From: a virus | Lineage: Duplodnaviria > Heunggongvirae > Uroviricota > Caudoviricetes | IMG/VR virus record: IMGVR_UViG_3300028577_000006 | Strand: one strand, 5' to 3' | DNA length: 64,000 nucleotides | The notes under the pieces: generated by a model | Database searches by the model: none | What the model was told of the DNA's origin: nothing | Seen by the model: the letters and a program-made list of their open reading frames with translations, nothing else | Shown: positions 26,641 to 34,969 of the stretch, piece after piece | Numbering within the stretch: position 1 is the stretch's first letter | How the letters are laid out: every line of letters starts with the position of its first letter | Position numbers and translations under genes: made by a program

Positions 26641-27915
26641 ATGGCGGCGCGACTCATCGGCGTGATTCTAAAAGATGCGGTGTCCTTCAAAGAGGACGAG
26701 AGCCCGCACCCGCAGTGCCTTGTAGGAAGGCTCGATCGCTTCGACCCGGCGAAAGACACCTTCTTCATGCAGGGCCTGTGCGCCCTGCACATTGGGCTTA
26801 GGGCATGCGCGGCGATCGTGTCGGTCGTCGACAACGTTCACCTGTTGCCACTGCTCATCACTCATCCAAACGACGCGCGCTTCACCGACTACGCGTACGA
26901 GTGCATCCCGCCATCCGCTGAGGACGTCAGCCTTCTGCCGTTTCAGGAAGTGCTTGAGCGTGACCTGTTCACGATCGTGGCCACGTCCCACCATGCGACA
27001 CGCGTTGTCATCGCCGAGCGCAGGCACAGGAAGGTGCACCCACAGAAGCGTGAACTGACGCCGCAGGAGCAGCGTGACCGCGACGTGTGGAACGAGGTCA
27101 TGACGGAGATGAAGGCTCGCATCGCCGCGCGCGCTGGCAGCAGATTCATCGGCGACGCGGACAGTCGTGCGTGGTGGCAGCGAGTAGAAGAGCGGCGAGA
27201 ACACGAGCGCAGGTGCGACGCCGCGCTCATCGAGGCGCAGGTGCGCCTTGCAGAACTTCAGTCAGAGCGTGTCGTTGTTCAGTGCGAGTCGGAAATCGAG
27301 CGAGAGCTTCGTGGGGCTCTCGGACAGCAGACGGCGTGCGTGGCGTTGACGGACGAAGAGCGCGCAAGCATCCGCTTCGGCGCCGTCACCAAGATCGTGC
27401 GTCCCGGCAGATCTGAATGCTGGAGTCGGCTCGTGTGGCCTGGCTTCAAGACGGGCCAGTTCGTGTTTGGCACCGCGCCTGCGGACCGTGCCCAATACCT
27501 CATCCGTTACAACTACGACAACGAACGCCTGCCCGTCGACACCGGCGGCGTGATGGAGTTGGACGAGCGGACAAGCGGCAGAGTATGCCTGTCGTCTAGC
27601 GGCTACTCGCTGCGAGTGCCGCGCCTCGATGACTACGAGCGCACCTGGCTGCCGAGCGGCGCCGTGCCGCCGCCAGGCTACCCGGTCACCACGCCGTACG
27701 AGAACCAGATCCGCAATATCAACACACGCCCCACCGCTACCTTGAGCCGCTCGCAAGCTGGCGCTCGCTACGCGCGCACGCTCAAAGAACGCGCCGACGC
27801 GAAGTCGCTCCTCTGGCAGAAGCACAACGCTCAGAAGGCGGCGTTCGCAGCAAAGCGCGCCGAGGAAGAGCGCATCCGAGAGGCAGAAGAGCGCGTCCGC
27901 AACTTCGGCACCTGA
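26641..27915 (+). CDS. Hypothetical protein
   Basis: 424 aa ORF, SD GGAG, directly after the promoter. Confidence 0.75.
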   Translation: MAARLIGVILKDAVSFKEDESPHPQCLVGRLDRFDPAKDTFFMQGLCALHIGLRACAAIVSVVDNVHLLPLLITHPNDARFTDYAYECIPPSAEDVSLLPFQEVLERDLFTIVATSHHATRVVIAERRHRKVHPQKRELTPQEQRDRDVWNEVMTEMKARIAARAGSRFIGDADSRAWWQRVEERREHERRCDAALIEAQVRLAELQSERVVVQCESEIERELRGALGQQTACVALTDEERASIRFGAVTKIVRPGRSECWSRLVWPGFKTGQFVFGTAPADRAQYLIRYNYDNERLPVDTGGVMELDERTSGRVCLSSSGYSLRVPRLDDYERTWLPSGAVPPPGYPVTTPYENQIRNINTRPTATLSRSQAGARYARTLKERADAKSLLWQKHNAQKAAFAAKRAEEERIREAEERVRNFGT

Positions 27916-27963
27916 GAGCTTGCGACACACTTCGGTTCGCGCTACACAGGCTGCGGTGTCGTC

Positions 27964-29040
27964 ATGCGTCCCAAGCTCCTCACCCGAGATCAGTTCCGCG
28001 AAAGCGTCTTCGCGCGCGATGGACACCGGTGCGTCGTGCAGGATGTTGCGGGGCGCTGGCGCTGCTCCAACAAGGCCGACGATGCCCATCACATCCTCGA
28101 TCGGTCCCTCTGGACATCGAAGGCCGAAGCCGGCGGATACCTGATCGACAACGGGGCGAGCGTTTGTGAGCGACACCATCTAGAGTGCGAGCAGACGACG
28201 ATCTCGTGCGACGAGCTGCGCGCATGGTGCGGCATCAAGAACGTCGTGCTGCCGGAACACCTCGATGCCGACACGTCTTACGACAAGTGGGCGAATCCGG
28301 TCTTGCCCAACGGTCAGCGCATGCGTGGTGAGACGTTCGATGGCGATAGCGTGCAGAAAATGCTCGCGCCTGTGCTGCATCTCTTCACGAATCGCGTGAA
28401 GTACCCGCGTACGTACCACGTGCCCGGCTCGCCGGGCGCCACAGATGACGATCGCGTCATGTCGAGCGTCGACTTCATCCGGAACTTCCGCGGCCAAGAC
28501 GTCGTGATCACCGAGAAGTTGGACGGAGAGTGCACGACGCTCTACCGCGACTACCTGCATGCACGATCGCTGGAGTACCAGGCGCACGAATCACGTGATT
28601 GGATTCGTGCGCTGCATGCACGCATCGCGCACGAGATCCCCGAGACGTGGCGCATCTGCGGCGAGAACCTCTACGCGAGGCACTCGATCGCGTACCAGAA
28701 CCTGCCCAGCTACTTCATGGTCTTCTCGATCTGGGACGGGCTTCGCTGCCTGTCGTGGGACGAGACGGTCGAGTGGTGCAAGATGCTCGACCTTCACTGC
28801 GTGCCAACGCTCTATCGTGGCACGGAGCCGCCGCTCCAAGGTTCGCTTCATGGTCGACGCACCAACCGAGGCGAAGAAATCGAGGGCTGGGTCATGCGTC
28901 TGGCTGGCGACTTTCACTACGGCGCGTTTCGACGCTCGGCAGCGAAATACGTGCGTGCTGGGCACGTCACGACCGACACGCACTGGATGCATGGACGTGT
29001 GGTACCCAACGGACTGGCAATAGGAGAAAGCGCCTCATGA
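27964..29040 (+). CDS. HNH domain fused to an RNA ligase (nucleotidyltransferase) domain
   Basis: N-terminal RDGHRC...DAHHI...NGASVCERHH; C-terminal EKLDGE (motif I), EGWVMR (motif IV), AKYVR (motif V). Confidence 0.85.
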   Translation: MRPKLLTRDQFRESVFARDGHRCVVQDVAGRWRCSNKADDAHHILDRSLWTSKAEAGGYLIDNGASVCERHHLECEQTTISCDELRAWCGIKNVVLPEHLDADTSYDKWANPVLPNGQRMRGETFDGDSVQKMLAPVLHLFTNRVKYPRTYHVPGSPGATDDDRVMSSVDFIRNFRGQDVVITEKLDGECTTLYRDYLHARSLEYQAHESRDWIRALHARIAHEIPETWRICGENLYARHSIAYQNLPSYFMVFSIWDGLRCLSWDETVEWCKMLDLHCVPTLYRGTEPPLQGSLHGRRTNRGEEIEGWVMRLAGDFHYGAFRRSAAKYVRAGHVTTDTHWMHGRVVPNGLAIGESAS

Positions 29041-29453
29041 ACACGTCACGCTCGATGATCGCAGTCTTGGCTCTTCTCGCACTCATCTTCGCCAGCTGCG
29101 CCGGAACGCAGCGCGGCTGTGCGTCGATCAACGCAACGCAGTTCGGTGCCGACTGGATCGTCGTGCAGATGGACATGAACGGCGTTCCGTATCGCTGCTG
29201 GGAACTGCACGACACGTCCATCGCGAACGAAGGCAGCAGCGACGGCGTCTACTGGCTTAGTCCGCAGGGTCACCTCGTGCACATCTCGGGACACTACAAC
29301 CGCGTGCAGGTGCAGGGTCGACGATGGGACGAGGCCTTCGCTGAGGTTGGTCTGACGCAAGAGACGTGTCGGGCCGCCCAAGAGGCGCGCATCGTCTTCA
29401 CCGAAGCCGGCGGTCACTACGAGCACGAGAGCACAGAGCGAATGAGCCGGTGA
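29037..29453 (+). CDS. Lipoprotein
   Basis: Signal peptide MNTSRSMIAVLALLALIFAS-C. Confidence 0.75.
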   Translation: MNTSRSMIAVLALLALIFASCAGTQRGCASINATQFGADWIVVQMDMNGVPYRCWELHDTSIANEGSSDGVYWLSPQGHLVHISGHYNRVQVQGRRWDEAFAEVGLTQETCRAAQEARIVFTEAGGHYEHESTERMSR

Positions 29454-29893
29454 CCAAAGGCGTACGCAAGGACACCGGCAGAAGCGCCAACTGGAAGGGC
29501 GGAAGAACCGTCACCTCCCACGGCTACGTTCTGCTCTGGGTCGGTAAGGGGCATCCTCTTGCTGATTGCAGAGGATACGCGTACGAGCATCGCGTGATCA
29601 TAGCGCGCAAGCTGAAGCGGAAGCTCAAGCGAAAGGAGCAGGTGCACCACGAAGACGAGCAGCCGAGCAACAACGTCGAAAGCAATCTGACGCTCAAGTC
29701 GAGCATGGCCGTGCACAAACTTGCGCATCGTTCTGCGGAGAACGCGGATCGGCTGCGTAAGCCGGGTCAGCGGAATCCGGTTGTGAAATGCGCGTGTGGT
29801 TGCGGATCCTCCTTTCGCCGCTTCGATACCAGCGGCAGGCCACGCATATACGTTTCCGGACACAACAGGCAGAACAATGGGCGACTCAAGTAA
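29450..29893 (+). mobile_element. Free-standing HNH homing endonuclease
   Basis: YAYEHRVII...EQVHHEDEQPSNNVESNL; lower GC3 than neighbours; overlaps the next gene. Confidence 0.75.
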
Positions 29894-30767
29894 TATACAA
29901 TGGACGGCCAGGACTTGGAATCCATTTGTCGGATGCCAGAAGGTTTCCGCCGGCTGTGCAAACTGTTTTATGTTTCGCGACATGCGCCGCTTCGGGCTCA
30001 ACCCTGATGTCGTACGACGCACTTCGCCCCGCACGTTCAACGGTCCGCTTCGCTGGCAGCGTGAACAAGACAGGCTGCTTGCCAAGCGCGGCATCCCGCT
30101 GCTCGATGGGCGCGAGGTCACCAGCGAGACTTTTGAGGGGCAGCCGATCCCCGGCTCGCTCGTGTTCCTCGCCAGCTGGACGGACTTCTTCGTCGCCGAG
30201 GCTGACGAGTGGCGCCCCGAGGCGTGGGAGATCATCAAGAAGTGTCCGAATCTGATCTTCCAGATTCTGACGAAGCGCCATGGCCGCATCGAGAAGTGCC
30301 TGCCGCCCGATTGGGGCGACGGATACCCTAACGTGTGGCTCGGCGTGAGCGCAGAAGATCGCGAGTGGTGGGACCGACGCGTCGGCGTGCTGCGTAACAT
30401 CCCTGCGCGCGTACGTTTCGTGAGCTACGAGCCTGCGATCGGCAGCATCGAAGGTGCGAGCGCCGAAGGCATTCACTGGGTGATCATCGGTGGAGAGAGC
30501 GCGCCGGGCCGTCAGTTTCAGGTGAAGTGGGCGCACGAGGCGATCAAGATCTGCCGACGCGATGGTGCTGCGCCGTTCGTGAAGCAGATGGGCTCGTTCC
30601 CGATGATCGAAAACTACCCGCTGTACGACCCCGTCAACGAAGTGTGGCCACCATCCACAGGCCTCGTCCAGCTCGGTCTCAAAGACCGGCACGGCGGCAA
30701 CATGAACGAGTGGCCACAAGAGTCACTGCGTGTTCGCGAATGGCCGAAGCAGCTGTTCGCGGCGTGA
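29877..30767 (+). CDS. Phage Gp37/Gp68 (DUF5131) family protein, radical-SAM-like
   Basis: SNIQWTARTWNPFVGCQKVSAGCANC...LTKR...PNVWLGVS...RFVSYEP...WVIIGGES...FVKQMG. Confidence 0.9.
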   Translation: MGDSSNIQWTARTWNPFVGCQKVSAGCANCFMFRDMRRFGLNPDVVRRTSPRTFNGPLRWQREQDRLLAKRGIPLLDGREVTSETFEGQPIPGSLVFLASWTDFFVAEADEWRPEAWEIIKKCPNLIFQILTKRHGRIEKCLPPDWGDGYPNVWLGVSAEDREWWDRRVGVLRNIPARVRFVSYEPAIGSIEGASAEGIHWVIIGGESAPGRQFQVKWAHEAIKICRRDGAAPFVKQMGSFPMIENYPLYDPVNEVWPPSTGLVQLGLKDRHGGNMNEWPQESLRVREWPKQLFAA

Positions 30768-30792
30768 CCTGTCAGACACTTGGTGCTACACG
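30764..30792 (+). promoter_or_regulatory. Weak promoter-like element with TGTC-N-GACA; possibly drives a leaderless mRNA
   Basis: GTGACC-TGTCAGACA-cttggtgc-TACACG aligns with the 18812 promoter; GTG start 7 nt downstream with no SD. Confidence 0.5.
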
Positions 30793-30798
30793 TCCGTC

Positions 30799-31638
30799 GT
30801 GCGAACGATAGCCGTCGGAGACGTTCACGGATGCATCGAGGAGTTCGACGAACTTCTCGACAAGACCTCGTTCCGTCCCGGCGTCGATCGTCTTGTGCTG
30901 CTTGGCGATCTGATGGACAGGGGCCCCGATGCGCCTGCCGTCGTGCGTCGCGCGCGCGAGCTGGGTGCGCTCTGCGTGATCGGCAACCACGACGACAAGC
31001 ATCTGCGCTGGCGCAAGCACGAGCAGAAACGCGCGGCGACCGGCAAGGCAAACCCGATGCGCGCGATGCGTCACCCCGACGCTGACGCGCACGAGAAGCT
31101 CACAGAGGCGGACTTCGCCTGGCTCGCATCGCTGCCCACGGTGCTCGATCTCGGTCCAGTCGGCGGGCGCGAAGGGCGCTGGCTCGCTGTGCACGCTGGC
31201 TTCGAGCCGAAGTGGCCGCTCGCTCAACCCGCCGCGCACACAGGCTTCGCGCCGAAGTGGCTCGGCGAGCAGCGCCCGGACAAGATGCTGCGCGTTCGCT
31301 ACGTCACCGCAGACGGCGAGATGGTGTCGATCAGCAACGACGTCGACCAGCCTGCTGGAACGGCACGCTGGGGATCGGTCTGGACGGGCAAGTACCACGT
31401 CGTGTATGGACACCACGCGACGTCTCTGACGCAGCCTCAGCATGACATGTTCGTCGAAGTCGACGACACCGTCGGCAACATCTGGCACCGCTTCGGACTG
31501 GACACGGGCTGTTGTTTCGGTGGCTGTCTGACGGCAATGGACATTGGCACGTTCCAAACGGTGAGCGTGCCTGCCAAGCGGCAATATGCCGACCTGTGGC
31601 ATGGCGACGACCAACCAAGAAGTGAGAACAGCGGATGA
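30799..31638 (+). CDS. Calcineurin-like metallophosphoesterase (PrpA/ApaH/Pnkp-type)
   Basis: GDVHG, GDLMDRG, GNHD, VHAG, YGHH, LDTGC motifs. Confidence 0.9.
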   Translation: MRTIAVGDVHGCIEEFDELLDKTSFRPGVDRLVLLGDLMDRGPDAPAVVRRARELGALCVIGNHDDKHLRWRKHEQKRAATGKANPMRAMRHPDADAHEKLTEADFAWLASLPTVLDLGPVGGREGRWLAVHAGFEPKWPLAQPAAHTGFAPKWLGEQRPDKMLRVRYVTADGEMVSISNDVDQPAGTARWGSVWTGKYHVVYGHHATSLTQPQHDMFVEVDDTVGNIWHRFGLDTGCCFGGCLTAMDIGTFQTVSVPAKRQYADLWHGDDQPRSENSG

Positions 31639-31910
31639 CGACAAAACGAGTTTCGACGAGCTTCAACAAAGATCAGATCTATCTGATGCACGAGATCCTC
31701 ACCCAGCTGACGCGAGGCGGTGATCCGAAGCTGCTGGTCCGCAACAAGGCCTACGGAGGTCTCGTGAAGTCGGTTCAGCAGCTTCGCGACCGCGCCGACA
31801 ACCCCAACCCGCCACGCCCCAAGACCGTCTCGGAACCGCCGACCGTCGGCAACGGCACGGCCGTCTTCGAGGCGCCGGAGACGGCGGCACAGGAGCACGC
31901 GGCCAGCTGA
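31635..31910 (+). CDS. Small protein, possibly ribbon-helix-helix-like
   Basis: KRVSTSFNKDQIYLMHEIL pattern; Pro-rich tail; fold call is weak. Confidence 0.55.
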   Translation: MTTKRVSTSFNKDQIYLMHEILTQLTRGGDPKLLVRNKAYGGLVKSVQQLRDRADNPNPPRPKTVSEPPTVGNGTAVFEAPETAAQEHAAS

Positions 31911-31946
31911 CACATCACGCCGTAGCTTTCGACGCACCTTCCCAAG

Positions 31947-31980
31947 AAGCGCAACGATTTCAAGTCGTTGCGCTTTTTGT
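31947..31980 (+). terminator. Rho-independent terminator
   Basis: 11 bp stem AAGCGCAACGA / TCGTTGCGCTT, 7 nt loop, followed by TTTGTTT. Confidence 0.85.
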
Positions 31981-32009
31981 TTGATCTTGCGCATGTGACA
32001 CACTAGGGT
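31981..32009 (+). promoter_or_regulatory. sigma70-like promoter for the recombination/replication operon
   Basis: TTGATC-N17-TAGGGT immediately after the terminator. Confidence 0.5.
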
Positions 32010-32052
32010 CGCTCCTCCGTCCTGGCCATCGCTGGGAACCCAAGGAGGAGCG
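32010..32052 (+). promoter_or_regulatory. Hairpin sequestering the Shine-Dalgarno of the 32058 gene
   Basis: CGCTCCTCC (32010-32018) is complementary to GGAGGAGCG (32044-32052). Confidence 0.6.
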
Positions 32053-32057
32053 GGCCG

Positions 32058-32345
32058 TTGACCGTACCCAAAACGTTCGTGGACCAGAAGCTCTTGTCGA
32101 CCGGGGAGGTCGCCAAGCTCATGAAGGTACACAGAGGCACAGTCTGGCATTGGATCCGGATTGGTCTTCTCCGATCGGAGAAGGTTACCGACCGGTACTC
32201 AGGTGTCAGTCGCAAGTCGCTGGCGGACTTCAAGAAGACGTATCACCAGCAGACGACTCCTGTCGTTCCGGCTGCCGTGTCCGTCAGTCCGAAGAAGCCG
32301 CCAGCGTCTCCGCCAACCAAGACAACGCGTAGGAGGCCGAAGTGA
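32058..32345 (+). CDS. MerR/excisionase-type HTH (HTH_17-like) DNA-binding protein
   Basis: LLSTGEVAKLMKVHRGTVWHWIRIGLLRSEK; TTG start after GGAGG. Confidence 0.8.
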   Translation: MTVPKTFVDQKLLSTGEVAKLMKVHRGTVWHWIRIGLLRSEKVTDRYSGVSRKSLADFKKTYHQQTTPVVPAAVSVSPKKPPASPPTKTTRRRPK

Positions 32346-33382
32346 GCGAAGACGACGACAACGACAACGAGGCGACGAGTGGGACCCTGGTGCCAACGAT
32401 GGATGGCGACCTGATCAACCTTCACGAAGACAGCCCGGATGAGCCGGAGATGTCGAAGTACACGCTGGCCCAGCTCGATGAGCTTGGACTGCCGGCGCCG
32501 CTCGCGTCGCCAGAGGTCATGCGCGGTCTCTACGCGTATCGCCGCAAGATCGTTGCGTCGATGCTCGATCGTGAGCACGACTTCCTGTACACGATCTCGT
32601 ACGAGGAGCAGGGCAAGAAGCGCGACAAGCTCACGACGAGCTACGCCGAGGCCATCAAGTACGCCAACACGTACAAGGTGCCGTACAAGGCCACGCCGAA
32701 GAAGAGCGGCATCGCCAAGCTCGCCACCGCCTTCGGCGTGGAGGAGAAGCTCATCCAGCAGCTGGGCCTGCCGGTCGAGCCGACTGCGAACTACGCGTAC
32801 GCGAAGTACGAGGTCACCGCGAAGAAGAGCGGCAAGAAGGCGATCGGCGTCGGCTTCGCTCGCATCAACGAGCGCGGCTTCCCGATGCCCGAACACCACA
32901 TGATCGCGCTTGCCGACACGCGCGCATGGGGCCGTGCGGTCCTGCGTCTCGCCGGTTTCGGCGAAGCGGGCGCAGAAGAGATCGACGGCGAGGTCATGCC
33001 CGTCCAGACCATCCGCATCGTTCAGGGCGACCCGGCGCCAGCGAAGAAGCTCTCCGAGAGCGCACAGGCGGAAGTGCTCACCGTCGAAAAGGCGCCCGAG
33101 CCGACTCGGGTCCCGGTTCAGCAGGCAGCACCGGCGGCGGCCCAGCAAGCGGCGCCGCAGACCGTCGCCGCAGCACAGGGCATCCCGATGCCGTCGATCA
33201 CGACGATCACCGAGGCGCAGGTGGGCAAGCTCTCCTCGCTGCTGAAGGCGAAGTTGGGATCCAAGGACCGCGCCGTTGCGTGGCTCACGGCCGAAGCGCA
33301 CGTGAGCACTACGCGCCAGGTCCCGGAATCGATGTACGCAAACCTCGTCAAGAAGCTCGAAGCCATCCAGGAGGCCCAGTAA
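32342..33382 (+). CDS. Putative single-strand annealing (recombination) protein
   Basis: KSGIAKLATAFG...IALADTRAWGRAVLRLAG core, Pro/Ala linker, C-terminal helical domain; next to an SSB-like gene. Confidence 0.6.
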   Translation: MSEDDDNDNEATSGTLVPTMDGDLINLHEDSPDEPEMSKYTLAQLDELGLPAPLASPEVMRGLYAYRRKIVASMLDREHDFLYTISYEEQGKKRDKLTTSYAEAIKYANTYKVPYKATPKKSGIAKLATAFGVEEKLIQQLGLPVEPTANYAYAKYEVTAKKSGKKAIGVGFARINERGFPMPEHHMIALADTRAWGRAVLRLAGFGEAGAEEIDGEVMPVQTIRIVQGDPAPAKKLSESAQAEVLTVEKAPEPTRVPVQQAAPAAAQQAAPQTVAAAQGIPMPSITTITEAQVGKLSSLLKAKLGSKDRAVAWLTAEAHVSTTRQVPESMYANLVKKLEAIQEAQ

Positions 33383-33383
33383 C

Positions 33384-33860
33384 ATGCCGTCGGTAAAGGT
33401 CACCCACGATCTCAGCAAGGCTGACAAGCCGCCGGTCCGCACTCCACTGACGCCCGGACAGTACGACGCTCTCATCGCCAACTCGACGCTCGGCGTCACC
33501 CAGAACGGGTTGGCGAAGTTTACGGTCGAGTACCGCATCGTGAAGACCGCGGACGGTGACCAGACGAGCGCTGGGCGGCGCGTGTACCAGGACTACGTCG
33601 TCGAGGCGAGCGCCGACACCGAGATGGCAGCACGCGAAGCGTTCCGCATTCGTCAGCTACTCGATGCGACCGCGATCTCGTACACGGCTGACGGAGGCGG
33701 CTTCGACTTCAACACCGATCACCTTCACAACAAGGCCGTGCGCATCACGGTCACGCAGCGACCGGGCAAGAAGCCGAATCAGGATGGCATCATCCCGATC
33801 TTCAACAACGTCGAGCGCGTCGACATGGCCGGACAGCTCAACGAACAGGACGTCATCTGA
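33384..33860 (+). CDS. DUF669-like single-stranded DNA-binding protein
   Basis: LTPGQYDALI...GRRVYQDY...NKAVRITVTQR...FNNVERV. Confidence 0.65.
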   Translation: MPSVKVTHDLSKADKPPVRTPLTPGQYDALIANSTLGVTQNGLAKFTVEYRIVKTADGDQTSAGRRVYQDYVVEASADTEMAAREAFRIRQLLDATAISYTADGGGFDFNTDHLHNKAVRITVTQRPGKKPNQDGIIPIFNNVERVDMAGQLNEQDVI

Positions 33861-34351
33861 TGGAGGAGTCCAACATCATGGCGACGATCGAGAAGGCGGC
33901 AGAGCTGGGTGACGCGGAACTCGCTGCGGCAATCGAGGCGGACAAGAGGCTCGGCGCAGAGCTGTGCGCTCCATCCGACTTCCCAGACCTCACCACCGTC
34001 GAAGACTGGCAGAAGGCGATGTACCTCATCGCCAAGAGCAAGGGATGGTGGACGAACCAGGAGACGGGCGCTCCCATCGACCCGATGGCTCGTCTGCCCG
34101 AGACGATCGCGCTCATCCACAGCGAAGCCAGCGAGGCTCTCGAAGAGTTTCGCGGCGACCGCATGGAGGTCTGGTACTCGGAGTCGAAGACCGGCCCCAA
34201 GCCGGAAGGCTTCGGCGTCGAGCTTGCTGACGTGGTGATCCGATGCATGGACACCGCCGAATCGCTCGGCATCGACCTGCACGCGATGATGCGGTTGAAG
34301 GCGAACTATAACCGTCGTCGACCATATCGACATGGCAATAAACGCGCCTAA
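33860..34351 (+). CDS. MazG-like NTP pyrophosphohydrolase
   Basis: IALIHSEASEALEEFR...ELADVVIRCMD...KANYNRRRPYRHG. Confidence 0.85.
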   Translation: MEESNIMATIEKAAELGDAELAAAIEADKRLGAELCAPSDFPDLTTVEDWQKAMYLIAKSKGWWTNQETGAPIDPMARLPETIALIHSEASEALEEFRGDRMEVWYSESKTGPKPEGFGVELADVVIRCMDTAESLGIDLHAMMRLKANYNRRRPYRHGNKRA

Positions 34352-34895
34352 ACAAACCGGCTACAAAACGTGCAACAAGTGCCAACGCACGCTTCAAATC
34401 ACGCAGTTCACACCTTACGCCGCCAACCGCGACGGAAGAAAGCACACGTGCCGTGCCTGTGTGAATGAGCGCATCAAGGAACTTCAGCGCCAAGACCCTA
34501 GTCGGCTCGTAAAACAGCGCGAAAAATCTCTTGCCTGGATACGTGCGAACAAAGATGCATACCTAGCCTCGAAGAAGAAAAGCGTCGCTAAAAATCGGCA
34601 CAAGATACGCGTATACCGGCGGCGTGCAAATCTTCGAGCGTTTGGCCTAACTACAGAGATGTACGATGCGATGCTGCAAGCTCAAGGCGGTCACTGTGCG
34701 TGCTGTCCTCAGCGGCCGGGAGTTGAAAACAACGGAAAGCATTTCCCGGTCGACCATTGCCATGCTACCGGTCGTGTTCGTGGCATCCTGTGCGTCAACT
34801 GCAACCGTGTTATCGGCTGGGCAGGCGATGATCCCGCGCGTCTTCGGCGACTTGCTGACTATCTTTCTTTGAGCGTTTCCGGATCGTCGAGCTGA
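34332..34895 (+). mobile_element. Free-standing endonuclease VII-type (His-Me) homing endonuclease
   Basis: KTCNKC...YDAMLQAQGGHCACC...VDHCHATGRVRGILCVNCNRVIG; AT-richer than flanks; overlaps the mazG-like 3' end. Confidence 0.8.
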
Positions 34896-34969
34896 TCTTC
34901 CTTCGCCTGGACGCTGCGCAGCCCGGCGAATATCACCTATCGTCGGCGCGCACCATCCCGGTCTTCTTC

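Noticed and set aside
32058-32345. Excisionase implying an integrated prophage
   Set aside because: No integrase, att site or host-gene boundary in the window; this HTH family is also a common phage regulator
29450-34895. Group I introns hosting the HNH and endonuclease VII ORFs
   Set aside because: Flanking genes are complete on each side rather than split, and there is no room for intron core structure
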